Part shown: piece by piece, positions 42,711-53,895 of the stretch
How the letters are laid out: each line of letters opens with the position of its first letter
Numbering within the stretch: position 1 is the first letter of the stretch
From: Obrimoposthia wandeli
Lineage: Eukaryota
DNA: 64,000 nucleotides
Reading direction: 5' to 3'
NCBI GenBank assembly: GCA_977020255.1
Contig: CDROCS010000014.1
Location: 248,001-312,000 of the forward strand
Program-made: the position numbers and the translations under genes
The notes under the pieces: generated by a model
Database searches by the model: none
What the model saw: only the letters and a program-made list of their open reading frames with translations
What the model was told of the DNA's origin: nothing

Positions 42711-42823
42711 AACAATTCGGAAACAGTTATTATCCTTTGATATTATTAACAATTTGGAAGCAGTTATTATCCTTTGATATAATTAACAATTCGGAAGCAG
42801 TTATTATTGTTTTTGATATTATT
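42711..42823. repeat. Tandem repeat, 3 copies of a 37-bp unit
   Basis: Unit aacaattcggaa(a/g)cagttattatcctttgatattatt at 42711, 42748 and 42785 (third copy 39 nt). Confidence 0.9.
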
Positions 42824-42856
42824 AACACATATACTTTTCTGATCAACGGTGATCTA

Positions 42857-43228
42857 TCAAAATAATTTATTATCATTAATTTCAATTATTGGTACATTTG
42901 AAACATTTAATTTTAAAAGAAATGGGCATGTAGGAAAAAACTTCATATGTTGCTTCATTGGTTTAAGATACCATTCCCAATCAGATAATGCATTTTGACA
43001 GTATATACATGTTACTTTATCGGTTGAATCATCATTATGTTTATAAAATCCGTCTTTAGCTAAATCACTTTTAGATTGTATCTCTTTAAAATTTTTAAAT
43101 AATGATTTCAATCTTTCACTTTCATGTCTATATTTCATAGGTAAAATTTTCATTCTAGAATATTCTATTTTTCGTCTAACTAAAACATTATTAACGGTTA
43201 TATAATGAAGTATATTATCAACGAGCAT
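42857..43228 (-). CDS. Single-BIR inhibitor-of-apoptosis-like protein
   Basis: Intact ORF (ATG 43228). RLKSL...LAKDGFY...VTCIYC-x16-H-x6-C gives the canonical BIR zinc-ligand spacing CX2CX16HX6C. Confidence 0.88.
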   Translation of the reverse strand: MLVDNILHYITVNNVLVRRKIEYSRMKILPMKYRHESERLKSLFKNFKEIQSKSDLAKDGFYKHNDDSTDKVTCIYCQNALSDWEWYLKPMKQHMKFFPTCPFLLKLNVSNVPIIEINDNKLF

Positions 43229-43280
43229 TTTCAAATCAAATCATATAAGAATGACAATTCTACTAAATAAAATGTATTGT

Positions 43281-43770
43281 TTATATCAAAAGTAAAATAT
43301 CAGTTATTGTCCAAGTCACATCAAAGTTATAATCCAAATCCTTGAGACCGAGTGTGACCACTTTCTCGCTTGCGAATATGTTGACACATAGAGGATTGTG
43401 TTTTGAAAATTTCAAAGCAGGAAACAACTCAGATTCGAACATGCATGCAGCTCCACACTTTTGAGACATCTTGTATAGGTTCACCGTCTTATCTAAATTG
43501 ACAGTAACCGTTACTGATTGAATACGCTCAATCTTTATTCTAAATGGATACTTGACCATAGTTGTAATAATTAGTTTCTTGCAACCCATTAACCTGCATG
43601 CTCCTAATAAAAATTACCTAACATAAATTATAAAACCTACCTGAGCGGAATATTATAAGGATATAATCCTTACACCTGCGCATGTACTGCCAGGGTTTCC
43701 CGGTTTTGAATGGGAAGTGACTGATATCTTCTTTAACTCTACCATTATAATTAATATTTGCAAAATTCCT
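43281..43770 (-). pseudogene. TBP-fold (TATA-binding-protein-like) gene with two exons (43770-43641, 43603-43281) and a 37-nt GT-AG intron; start codon apparently mutated
   Basis: Spliced product: repeat 1 ...YILIIFRSG|ACRLMGCK (TBP TALIFSSGKMVCTGAK); repeat 2 VNL...FESELFPALKF...VNIFASEKVVTLGLK (TBP YEPELFPGLIY...LLIFVSGKVVLTGAK). No in-frame ATG; AGG at 43770 sits where an ATG would be expected. Confidence 0.78.
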
Positions 43771-43830
43771 GTTTGAATTAATGAAAATAACCCACCCATC
43801 TATATATAATATTCATAAGCTAAACATTGA

Positions 43831-43907
43831 CCAATCAGAATCGAGTATGATGATATATAAGCTACCAATTTTCTTATACAATTCATTATTTTGATATGAG
43901 CTATAAA
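43831..43907 (+). promoter_or_regulatory. CCAAT box plus TATA-like boxes between divergent ORFs
   Basis: CCAAT at 43831, TATATAA at 43854-43860 and CTATAAA at 43901-43907, upstream of the plus-strand ORF remnant at about 43931. Confidence 0.45.
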
Positions 43908-43930
43908 CAAACTAAAACTCTCAAGTTCGA

Positions 43931-44551
43931 GATGCCAACACAAGGCTTGCGGATACAGATGAGGATACAGATGATGATGTAGTTTTCATATCAAAGCCTA
44001 AGAAGCAAACTATCTCAAGCAACAACAACAAACAATCTATGACTATCAAGTTTGAGAAGTTAACATCAAATGATGATCTCTTTATTGATGATATAGTTTC
44101 TACACCCAAACACAAGCAACTAACCGCTTCAAGCAACAACAATAGACAAGTAGCAGTAATATTAGAGTCTAATGATTTGAAGTTCACCAAGCCGGTTATG
44201 TTTTTTAACTGACAAATGAATTTCTCGAAGACTCCAATCTCATTTGGATTCATGTTTCCGGTGGCTCTGAATAAGTCAAAATATGATTTCAAGATGCATA
44301 GAATCAATCCGTCAGATATTGATGATCTCAACAATACTTTCGCGGTGATGCATCTCAACATCATAGTTGAGAATCTTATAATCATTCGAGCTGATCTTAA
44401 TCTCTTCAATCGAACTCATGACTTTAATGCCGACAAGATGGGAACTGGACTCAAGTGGATTATCGTCATTGTGATACAGGGCTACAGAATCAACTGTACA
44501 GATCTCCAGAAACCTCTCTGGAAAATTACTGATGTTCAAGTTCGCTTATGA
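43931..44551 (+). pseudogene. Disrupted acidic ORF with SIM-like motifs (DTDDDVVFISK, DDLFIDDIV)
   Basis: One frame from 43931 to the stop at 44551 with a single TGA at 44210-44212; the nearby ATG (43932) is out of frame; internal near-duplication KQTISSNNNKQ / KQLTASSNNNRQ. Confidence 0.5.
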
Positions 44552-44973
44552 TTGTTTTAATATATTCTATCAATGTTACTTTGCTTATAAACAATTTCTT
44601 TCTTCATCATATAATAATGCATAAACAATAACCTTTGCAAGATTAAAACAGCGATAGCTATCTGGTTATGCGGGGTAGTCTAATTCCTGGAATGGGGTTG
44701 TGGTACTAAGTAAATTAAATCTTGTAAATAAAAACTTGAAGTGGTTTAATTGTGTTTAATTTTAAAAATTTAAAATTTTAAATGTATCTACTGTAACAAA
44801 TTTAAATTTCAAAATCTACGCAAAATTTTATGTAAATACAAAATGTCTACATTAATTTGAATCTGCATGCAATTTTGAACTATATACATAATGTCTACGT
44901 AAATTTAACCTGCATAATCGTAATTGACGTATAATACTAATCTGTAGGATTGAATACATAAGGTGGCGGTTCA

Positions 44974-45120
44974 AAAACAATAGCACACAAAGCCACAAAG
45001 CACTACCCCTCCCCCGAACAAGGAACGAAAAACAAAGTACATCTGTATGACTAAGCGCATACATATATACTTTGTTCCTTGTTCCGGGGTATGAGGTAGT
45101 GTTCGTGTGGTATTGTTTTA
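44974..45120. repeat. Imperfect long inverted repeat (hairpin)
   Basis: Left aaaacaata..cacac..cactacc..ccccgaacaaggaac..aaagta pairs with right tactttgttccttgttccgggg..ggtagtg..gtgtggtattgtttt. Confidence 0.7.
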
Positions 45121-46549
45121 GTACCGACACTTTACCCTTCTGGTATGTTATTTATGATCACAGATGAAAGTAAAACATAGTATCAATATAATTGTTAGCC
45201 GCGATTGGACTATTCATACTAGTCGTTTTCATTAATTAAAATACTTTTCAAAATTTTATTATTTTATTTACAATATTTAAACAAATTTTGAGAAACTTCC
45301 ACTTTGTATATTCTAGTCTACATCCAAATGCCATGTGAATAATTTTTAGATATTTAAATTTTAGTTATCAAAAATTACATTCTTTTCAACCTTCTTACAA
45401 TAATGTTGGTGATGACTGTATAGTTAAATGTCTTCAGTCAATAGAGACAGGTATTGTCGTGGTATTTAAATACACTTAGAAACGTAATGATTCCATTTAC
45501 AAATTCTGAGATTCATCAAATTTATGATTTTTATCAGAAATCATAAAAATGCTGGAAACGGAAAGACTGATTATTTATTAATAACGGGTTCATTAAATAC
45601 ATAAAAAGGTTAAGGATATGATCCACTTATCTGGAGTTGCTGTTTCGCTATTTAGCTAATTTTTCTTTTTGCAGAATCGCATTAAAAATAAAGATATTTT
45701 TTACAACTATCAAAAATATTGATATCATTTACTTTTCATGTCCACTTTCATGATCTTTTAAAAATAAAACGCGTTTATTAAAGCAAATAAATTAAATACA
45801 TATTATTTTATATTTTTAAAATTATGTCAAATTTTTAGTAGTAGAATAAAGTTGAAATTGAAGGAGATTCTTAGTTAAAATTAATTAATTATATAATGGT
45901 ATGAAATAATTCCTCATTAAATTTATATATATCAATATTTTTATGATTTCGACCTAAACAGCGTTTTTAAATTTTTTTTCTAGTTAATTAATTGATATTT
46001 TGTCCTAATCATAGTCTTCTAATAAAACTTTCTGTTTCGTAAATTATTTTATTGCTCTTTTCTCTATTCTATATTGGGCTCTAACATTTCAAGAAAATAT
46101 ATCGCAATAAGATTATGATGTAAAATACCATTTAGGTTATCCAAACATATACTTTTATAAGGTTAGCTAATTATTGTAAAATATTTAGACAAATGAGTAA
46201 ATTTCACAAACTGAAATTCATTTATTCGTGCTTTGAGTGGGCTTTGACCAAAAGTGAATCTTCTTTTCTTTATTTTGAGCATTTTTAGTTTGTTAATCGT
46301 ATATATAATCATATTTAGCCCTATTCGTTTATAAATCACGCCACAATTCCTCAGTTTCCTTTATATTATCTATTTTCTTTTTGGCAAGATTAACTTTATT
46401 TATAATTTTTTTATAAATATGAAACACGTATTATTATTATCAAGTGAGAAATTCTAAAGATATTCTAAAGAAATAAAGTATATTATGTAAATGATGAACA
46501 CACCAGGTATTCATTTATTACACTCAATAGAATCTTTAATCATTGATGA

Positions 46550-47063
46550 TGCACCAGAAAACATCCAAACTGATGAAGGTAAAGAAGTTTACTCATGTTA
46601 AAAAATTATTTAAAACTAAAAATATCAATAATTATTCGATATATTCACAATAAAAAAGCTGTAGTTGAAATATTTAATAAAACGTTATGAAATTGGATAA
46701 AGAAATATTTTACTAAACGAGGTAATAAGAAATGGCTGAATGTATCACCAAAAATTATTTATACTTATAATAATTCTAAACATAGAGGTTTAGATGGCTT
46801 AAAACCTGTAAATGTAAATAATAAAAATGCATTTGAAATTTAGCTGGAAAGTACTCAAAGGAAAAGAAAGCTAAAGCAAAGTATAAATTGATGATTATGT
46901 TCGAATTTAAAAAATAAGCACAAGTCATTAAAAATGGAGTGATGAGGATTTTAAAATTCATAATATTAATTATAAACAAAATCCAATAATGTATATTTTA
47001 AAAGATATTGATAACATCATCATTAGTTCATTTTCAATATTTCCTGAACAGCTGCAAGTTGTC
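46550..47063 (+). pseudogene. Maverick/Polinton retroviral-type (c-)integrase, C-terminal part, degenerate
   Basis: PENIQTDEGKE..., KAVVEIFNKTL, KWLNVSPKIIYTYNNSKHR..LKP, YKIDDYVRI, KWSDEDFKIH, YILKD...EQLQVV; stops and frameshifts. Confidence 0.88.
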
Positions 47064-47103
47064 TACCGACCAAAGCAGGGATGTTGTTACGTTTATTGCA
47101 AAC

Positions 47104-47415
47104 TTAATCTCCGAATGCGTACAGGGTGCGACCCTGACGATTGAGATCGCAGACCACATCCATAGCTGTGACTGTCTTCCTCTTAGCGTGCTCGGTTTAG
47201 GTCACAGCATCACGGATGACGTTCTTCAGAAACACCTTCAGAATTCAACGGGTTTCATCATAGATGAGGCAAGAGATTCTCTTCACACCAGCTCTTCTTA
47301 CCAGACGACAAATGGCAGGTTTGGTGATGCCCTGGATGTTGTCTCGCAATACCTTCCTGTGACGCTTGGCACCTCCCTTTCCCAGTCGTTTACCTCCTTT
47401 TCCACGGCCGCTCAT
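47104..47415 (-). pseudogene. H4: Histone H4 pseudogene, full length, intronless
   Basis: [101 protein letters not shown]. 312 nt; premature stops at 47245-47247 and 47197-47199. Confidence 0.97.
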
Positions 47416-47727
47416 TTTCGATTATTGATTTGAATTAATTAACACTTCAAATCCAATTGCAAAAGTTGAAACATACAACAAAATTCTATTTTTTTCAAGC
47501 ATTTTTATTTTGTAAAACAATTTCAATTTAGAAGAAAATGCAACCTAGTTTGATTAAAATTCATTTGATTCGAATAAAGTAGAAATAAAAAAAAATTTAA
47601 GATTTTTGAAAGAAATCCTTAATTTTACAAGCAAAATAGAAAATAGAAATATCGTTGTTGTGATATGCTTAGATACAATTCTGAAATACCCTTCACCCAA
47701 AGTGATATGCCACCCAGATTGAATTTA

Positions 47728-47943
47728 AGTAATAATGGCACAAGTAAAAATGGCATAACTGAAAAATAGGAAAAAAATGTTACAAGGGAAAATTGGATGA
47801 ACATTTTACATGATCTTTATTGAAATTAAGATTACACTACATAAAGACAAAACATTAGAAAGGTTTGTCAAATTAAAAATTACAAATTAATAACTAATAG
47901 AAATATTTATACTTGTGCCATTTTTACCTGTGCCATTATTACT
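47728..47943. mobile_element. MITE-like non-autonomous element (about 216 bp)
   Basis: TIRs agtaataatggcacaagtaaaaatggca and tgccatttttacctgtgccattattact; no clear TSD. Confidence 0.7.
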
Positions 47944-48859
47944 GATCATCGTTCACATCATGACAAATGTCAATGAATTTTATCGTTAGAGTCCATTAAA
48001 GTTTACTCTGTATTTTTAAAAAATAATATTATCCTATATTTCTCAGGATAATTGTTAATTTTATTATGTTGATATATCACTATCCATTTTCATAATATAA
48101 AGGAACCAAAATGTCATAGAGAAACTTGTTTAATCTATTAATCAGTTCTTAGCAGTTCATATAATCTATCATCATTAATTAAATATTTTAAATATCGTTG
48201 ACTTTGATTAATGATTACAGTGTAAACTCATATCAGAATATCTAAAAATGTTCCCAGAATTTTAAATATTCGAAAAAATAAAAAATAACTATTATTTAAT
48301 GTATTTTCCTGGGTTATATATTATTTTAAAGCTCCGTTTTTGTTATGAAAAAGCACACTTTTAAAAATCCAAAATGCATAAACGATCTGATAACATTTAA
48401 AAATTCAAATTACATGAAAACTTAATTGTAAAAAATAAGAAACTGAATTTGTGGATATCTTTTTGCAAAATTGTATAATAATAATATATCATTATGTACA
48501 CCAGGATTGTCAGAATATATACATGTATAAAACAATGCTTAATAATTTCCTATTCATATAAAACTACGAAGAGGTTTTGTAGCTGTAAAGGAAAATTAAA
48601 TAGAGATCCTGTTTGAAAGTTTGATGCACCTTTGAGTAATGTGTAATTCAGCATAGTTTCTGGTGCTTTAAAAATATATATTCTCTTATAATTTATGATA
48701 AAAAACGTTTATTTTATTGCTCTATATTTTTTTTCTATTTTTATTTTAATCTCAGCATTAACTTGTTTATGAGTTGAAACGTGTATCAAAAACTTGGCAA
48801 ACTGTCCTAAACACCACTTAGACTTTTTTATGGAAAATTACTGATTAGAAGACAATGGT

Positions 48860-48990
48860 TGGTCAATTTCAAGCCGGATTATTTTGACTTCCATAGCTTA
48901 CCATGTTCATAAAGATCTATTGATTTTAAGTGGACCTTTGAAAGCACTTCTTTATGAAGAATTGCATTGAACCATGAGAGGGTTGACAGA
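48860..48990 (+). mobile_element. mariner transposase 3' fragment
   Basis: LPCS*DLL...GPLKALL resembles PPYSPDLAP..FGPLKEAL; short and degenerate. Confidence 0.4.
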
Positions 48991-51900
48991 GAAAATGGCG
49001 TGATATCACAATACTACGTCAGATGACCTTCAAAATATGGGAAGAGTTAAGAATTTGAGATAATAGTGAGCAGAAAAACTACATTATGTTGAAATACAAT
49101 GAACATTTCTGAATATTATTGTCGTCGGTAACGACATTTAGTGTATTTGTCCCAAATGTAAGCAGTGTAAGCAATGGGTTAAAAAGATAGATGAATTACA
49201 TGCAAAAACCCCCAAAATCCCCAAAGCAATTTTGTGCTGTAAAACGTTTTCACTAAATCCTAAAATCCCTGTAAAGTTTATTAAGTCGTTGTTATTTTTT
49301 GCATTTCTTGCGTCATTAAGTTTAGTTATAAAAACTAAAAATAAGCATAATAAATATAATTTTAAATTTAATTTCTGCCAAAATTGAATAAAATTGTACA
49401 AGAAGATAAATCCAAAGTGTCTACAGAAACTATATTATTAAAAAAATTAACATTTTAAACCAAAAGTTGTATTTGAAAATTAATTTATAATCACAAAAGA
49501 ATATCTTAAATCAATTTACTTATCAAAGAGGTCAACTAAAAATAATCAAAGTTTCTAATAGTTAAAATTAATTTAGGTCAACTTCAATAAAGAAAGAACT
49601 GATTAAATAGTTTTGACTCAAATCATAACAGCTGGGGCAACTTGTTGCACTTGGTTCCAAAAGTAAAGTGTTTACTTGGACAGAATGATGTTTGGATTAG
49701 AGTTGTTGCACCTTTTTGGAAGCCTCTAGTTCGTAAGTTCCTAAATGTTCAAATCTGAAGATAAATAAATTCAGGGCAACACGTATTGTATAGACAATAG
49801 TATAACTAGGGATAAAACATAATAAAAATATATGAAAACAAAATTCCCATATTACTAAAATAGAATGTCGTAATATTTACATACTCCTAGACTATTTCTG
49901 GTTGCCATTACGGGCAATGTGGCAGCGATGTTTATTAATTTAAAAAGGCTAGAACCGTTGGTAGTAGTGACAAGCGGTGTGTATAAATGGCATGGACGTA
50001 ATCAGCGCAGGCTAATGACTTGTACTTACTAGGGATTCTTCGTTCACGTGGAAAATTGCAATCCACAATTCCTGATACGAAAGTGTTTTAGCAGATTACC
50101 GGCAATTTCTAGCTAGGTTTGAATACTCGCTGAAACTGTCATTGTAGCGTATTTGCGGCTCCGGACATCACAGGATATCGGGTTTTCTTTAGGTCTCATG
50201 GTGAAGATATCTTGTGTTGAGTTCCGGATTCCTATTGTCAATGTGAAAGGTATTTGGAAGTATGCTAATAGTATGTATAGGTCACTTCCAATAATAAGTT
50301 TTCAGTTGATCATGGAAGACAGCTTATTTGTCATCTTCATTTGATCTGTTCTTCTAATAATTCTGATTTTCTTAGTAAATGTTTAGAGGTATTATGGTTG
50401 ATCAAATGCACATGTAGGATGTAAATGATTGTGGTGAGTATTCTTCGTTCGTAATCACATACTGTGATTTGAACAGGATTGTTTTTTGTTATCTTTATAG
50501 TAGGTTTTACGATATCGATATGGGCTTGAAAACTTTAAGTGCAAATAAATAATAAGCCTGAGAGAGAGAGTTTCATGTCTGCGATACCAGGACTCTGTTG
50601 GTATAAGGAAGAGATTTTCATTCACTGGGATAGGTTGTTCGACGTATTCATGAGCTACTGAGTTAATTTCTCAAATATATAACATTTTAGGGTATAACTC
50701 GGGGAGTCGTCCATCTTCACACTCTCACGATTTATCTCTTATCATATAGTGTAGATCTTTCAGATCTTTGCCTACGTTCATAATTTATTTGATTGTTCCT
50801 GCAGTGACAACTATTGTGAAGGAAATTCATCCAAGATTTGACAAAAGAAAGTTTTGGTAGATCCTATGGACGCCCTTGTCAGCTAACAACAAGAGTGTTA
50901 CTCTTCTTTTTCGGTTCTTAGTATCTTTGTATATCTAGAACATTTGCATGTACTGTAGAACCTTTAGACATATAGATACATATAATTCTCTTTTTATACG
51001 GTTTTGAAACAACACTGTCCACAAAAGTGTATTTTATTCTTTTTTTGCACGATTTTTTCTCTTTTACATGGTTTTCATTGCACAGATTTTTATATTTTAC
51101 ACGTTTCTTTGCACGTTTTTTACTTGTGTTCAGCCATTTTAGCAGAGATTCCAGCTTGTCTAATATTCTAGATATTTCTAGAGATGATAGTTATTTTACA
51201 CCAGCTCTTTGCAAACACATACGATTATTATCAAGTAGCGACAAACCGCTATAAACCTTTGCATTTTATATTAGTTTATTTCTTCATAATGTGTTCCTAT
51301 TTTTTTGATAAAAAGTAAAATTCTAATTTAATATTAATTTTATTTGCATTAGAAATACAACTGTTTCTACTATTTCAAACTATATTTTTGTTTAAAATAA
51401 AAATGTTCATTTATATTAATATTTTATTTCGTTTAGAATAAAAAACTGAATTTTATGTTAGCTACGATGAGAAAAACTTCAAAATGTGAATTTGACACTA
51501 ATTTAATTTTGTTTTAAATAAAAAAGTTTATTTAATAATAATTTTATATTCCGTTTAGAATTAAAAACTGATTATTTTGCACGGTTTATATATATTTCTT
51601 TCATTTTGGACATTTTTTGGAAGTTATGGAATGTATCCCTATTTTACTATGGAGTCTATGTATTTTTTTCTTTTTCCACTGTTTTTTTTTACACGGTATT
51701 CTGTGGAACGTATCTACCGTGTAAAAAGAGAATTAGGTATATTGTGTGAAGATATGTATTAGCTTTGTCATATTTAATCATATATTTGCGTTTGCGTTTT
51801 TAGTCTGTTTAATCTCTATATGTTGCAAAGAATACAAGTTCCGTATTGAAGTAAGTTGTTATTTCTACTTTTGATCTAATATGCGATTTTGGATTATTTT

Positions 51901-53427
51901 TGGAGTGGTGATGGATTGATTGGGTAATTGTGATATAGGAGGTTTTTTGAAGAAGTGTACAAATATGACAGTACTAATGAAGAGTTAACATCACCAGTGG
52001 AGAAGAAAACGATATCTAATGATTAATGCTGGAAAAGTCAAGGTAAAATGAAAAATTAATGCTATAAACTAGATTTTGATATAACAAAGGCAAATCAGAA
52101 AATAAGAGGAACCTTTAAAGAACATGATCCCGTTTTCTTATTTGAAATTTTCTGGTATGTCACTTTTATACAAATGAATGTACACCAATCAAAAGTTAGG
52201 GCTCTCATCAGCAAGAAAGGCCATCATATTGAAAATGAATATTAAATATTAAATAACTGATTTATATTTTACTTTAAAATTGTTTTTAGCTATTAAATTC
52301 ACGTTTTTATAAAAATAATGGTAACTTCTAAATCCTTCATATTTTATGACACACTTTACGTCATCTTTTTGAGTTTGAACGTCCATTTCTTGCACAGTCT
52401 TCTATGCAACCAGTTTCCAATAAAATTTCTCATCACAATTTATTAACACGATGTTCAGGTGACTCTACATCAAATGTGTCGCATATATATTTACTTTTTT
52501 GAATTATAAATGGTCGATCATGTTGGATTTATCCCACCATAAAGCAGCTAATTAACGATATTCATAATTGTACAGACTTTTATCAGCCTTGACCAATCTG
52601 AATTGAATTTCTATGTTAATCAATATTATCATTGACACTCTATGTTAATCAATATTATAATTATGACACTTGTGCAAACCACGACACAATAAGTTAAGGC
52701 ATTAGTTACATTTGATATGCCTTTACATGAATTAGTCAAATTTATGAATTATATATTTTAAAGCAAATCGTATCGTTATAGTTATTGTACAGCTTTCGAA
52801 TTGTATATAATTATTAATAACTGTGTTAGTCACATTTATTCCTGCTTAAATTGTTACAAATCACGCGGGTTAAATACTATTATTGTTCAATCAATTAATA
52901 ACTGGTAATTATAATAATTTAAAGTGTTTTCTTCTGTTAAAATAATAAATTATGCTACTGAAACAGTTCAAAGCAGAATAAGGAACCTATTGAGACATTA
53001 AATAAATTAAGTAGGCAGTGAAGCATTAACAAGAGAACATAAGTAAAACGATTTTGCACAACTCTTTGTTCTATCGTCCAAAGCATTCCTAATCAGTTTA
53101 ACTCACAGTATGCACTTTTCTTATTATTCCCTCTTATGAAGTTTTTATTCAAAAAACGTCCCAATAAATGCATACATTTCCAATATTTGTTAAGGTATTA
53201 TTTGTTATTTTGGAAAGTTAAGTATATGGTTTATTTGAGCAGTTAGCTGTAGTATGATAATATTTAACATAAAATTTTCCCAAATTACTGCTGCAATTAA
53301 TTATAATGGATTCACTTCCTGAAGGGAAAATTATCCAATCAAAACAAGGTGATTTTAGTATATATAAATATTAAAACTGCTGACAGTCAGAAGTTTGCCA
53401 ATATCGGAGTGAAGGAACAACTGAAGA

Positions 53428-53777
53428 ATGTATGCTCTTTGTGGTCAAAGTTTACGAGAAGACAAACGACCCGATTTGTTGAAACTGATTAAACAGGATA
53501 AGCTAAAGGAGCTCAGGAAGTTCTTCGATGATGGACAGCTGAAACTGTCGGAATTTCTCGACTTCGAGATGTTGGTGAATGAGAAGTTGGACGCCGACTT
53601 GTTTTGCAAGTCAATCGACAGGAACATCTACGAGTACGTCAGCAAGAACCTCAACAGACCGCTGTCGTTGGCCACCATGTTCGGCTCGATACAGCTGCTG
53701 CAGTATCTTCTGCCTAAATGCACCGAGGACCATCTGAGAAACATTCTCATAGCGCTGGTCCTCGGAAGTCATTTGGG
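53428..53777 (+). CDS. TRPV-like channel, coding exon 1 (ankyrin region)
   Basis: ATG 53428 with an in-frame stop just upstream; ANK-like RPLSLATMFGSIQLLQYLL; donor gg|gtgaga (phase 2). Confidence 0.75.
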
Positions 53778-53895
53778 GTGAGATACTCCTGCATCTATTG
53801 GTGGTATATGGCCTTTGCCTCTGTGATTGAATAGATACGTCAGTAGATTATAAACGCATTATTTATTTGTCTCTCTTGCATGTTTTGCAATGCAG

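Larger units (their letters stand above)
40132..47063. mobile_element. Decayed Maverick/Polinton (adintovirus-like) remnant, possibly more than one fragment
   Basis: Packaging ATPase (minus), retroviral-type c-integrase (plus), small basic core-like ORF and tightly packed AT-rich ORFs. No PolB, protease or capsid recognised; TIRs and TSD not identified. Confidence 0.85.

Noticed and set aside
43921-44409. 162-aa minus-strand ORF
   Set aside because: Antisense of the disrupted plus-strand acidic ORF; no domain; the promoter motifs point to the plus strand.
47008-47433. 141-aa plus-strand ORF
   Set aside because: Antisense shadow of the H4 pseudogene.
49900-50950. Possible Penelope/LINE remnant (LLADKG-like word)
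   Set aside because: A single weak motif is insufficient for a call.
51385-51572. About 120-bp degenerate AT-rich tandem duplication
   Set aside because: Low-complexity local duplication with no functional signal.
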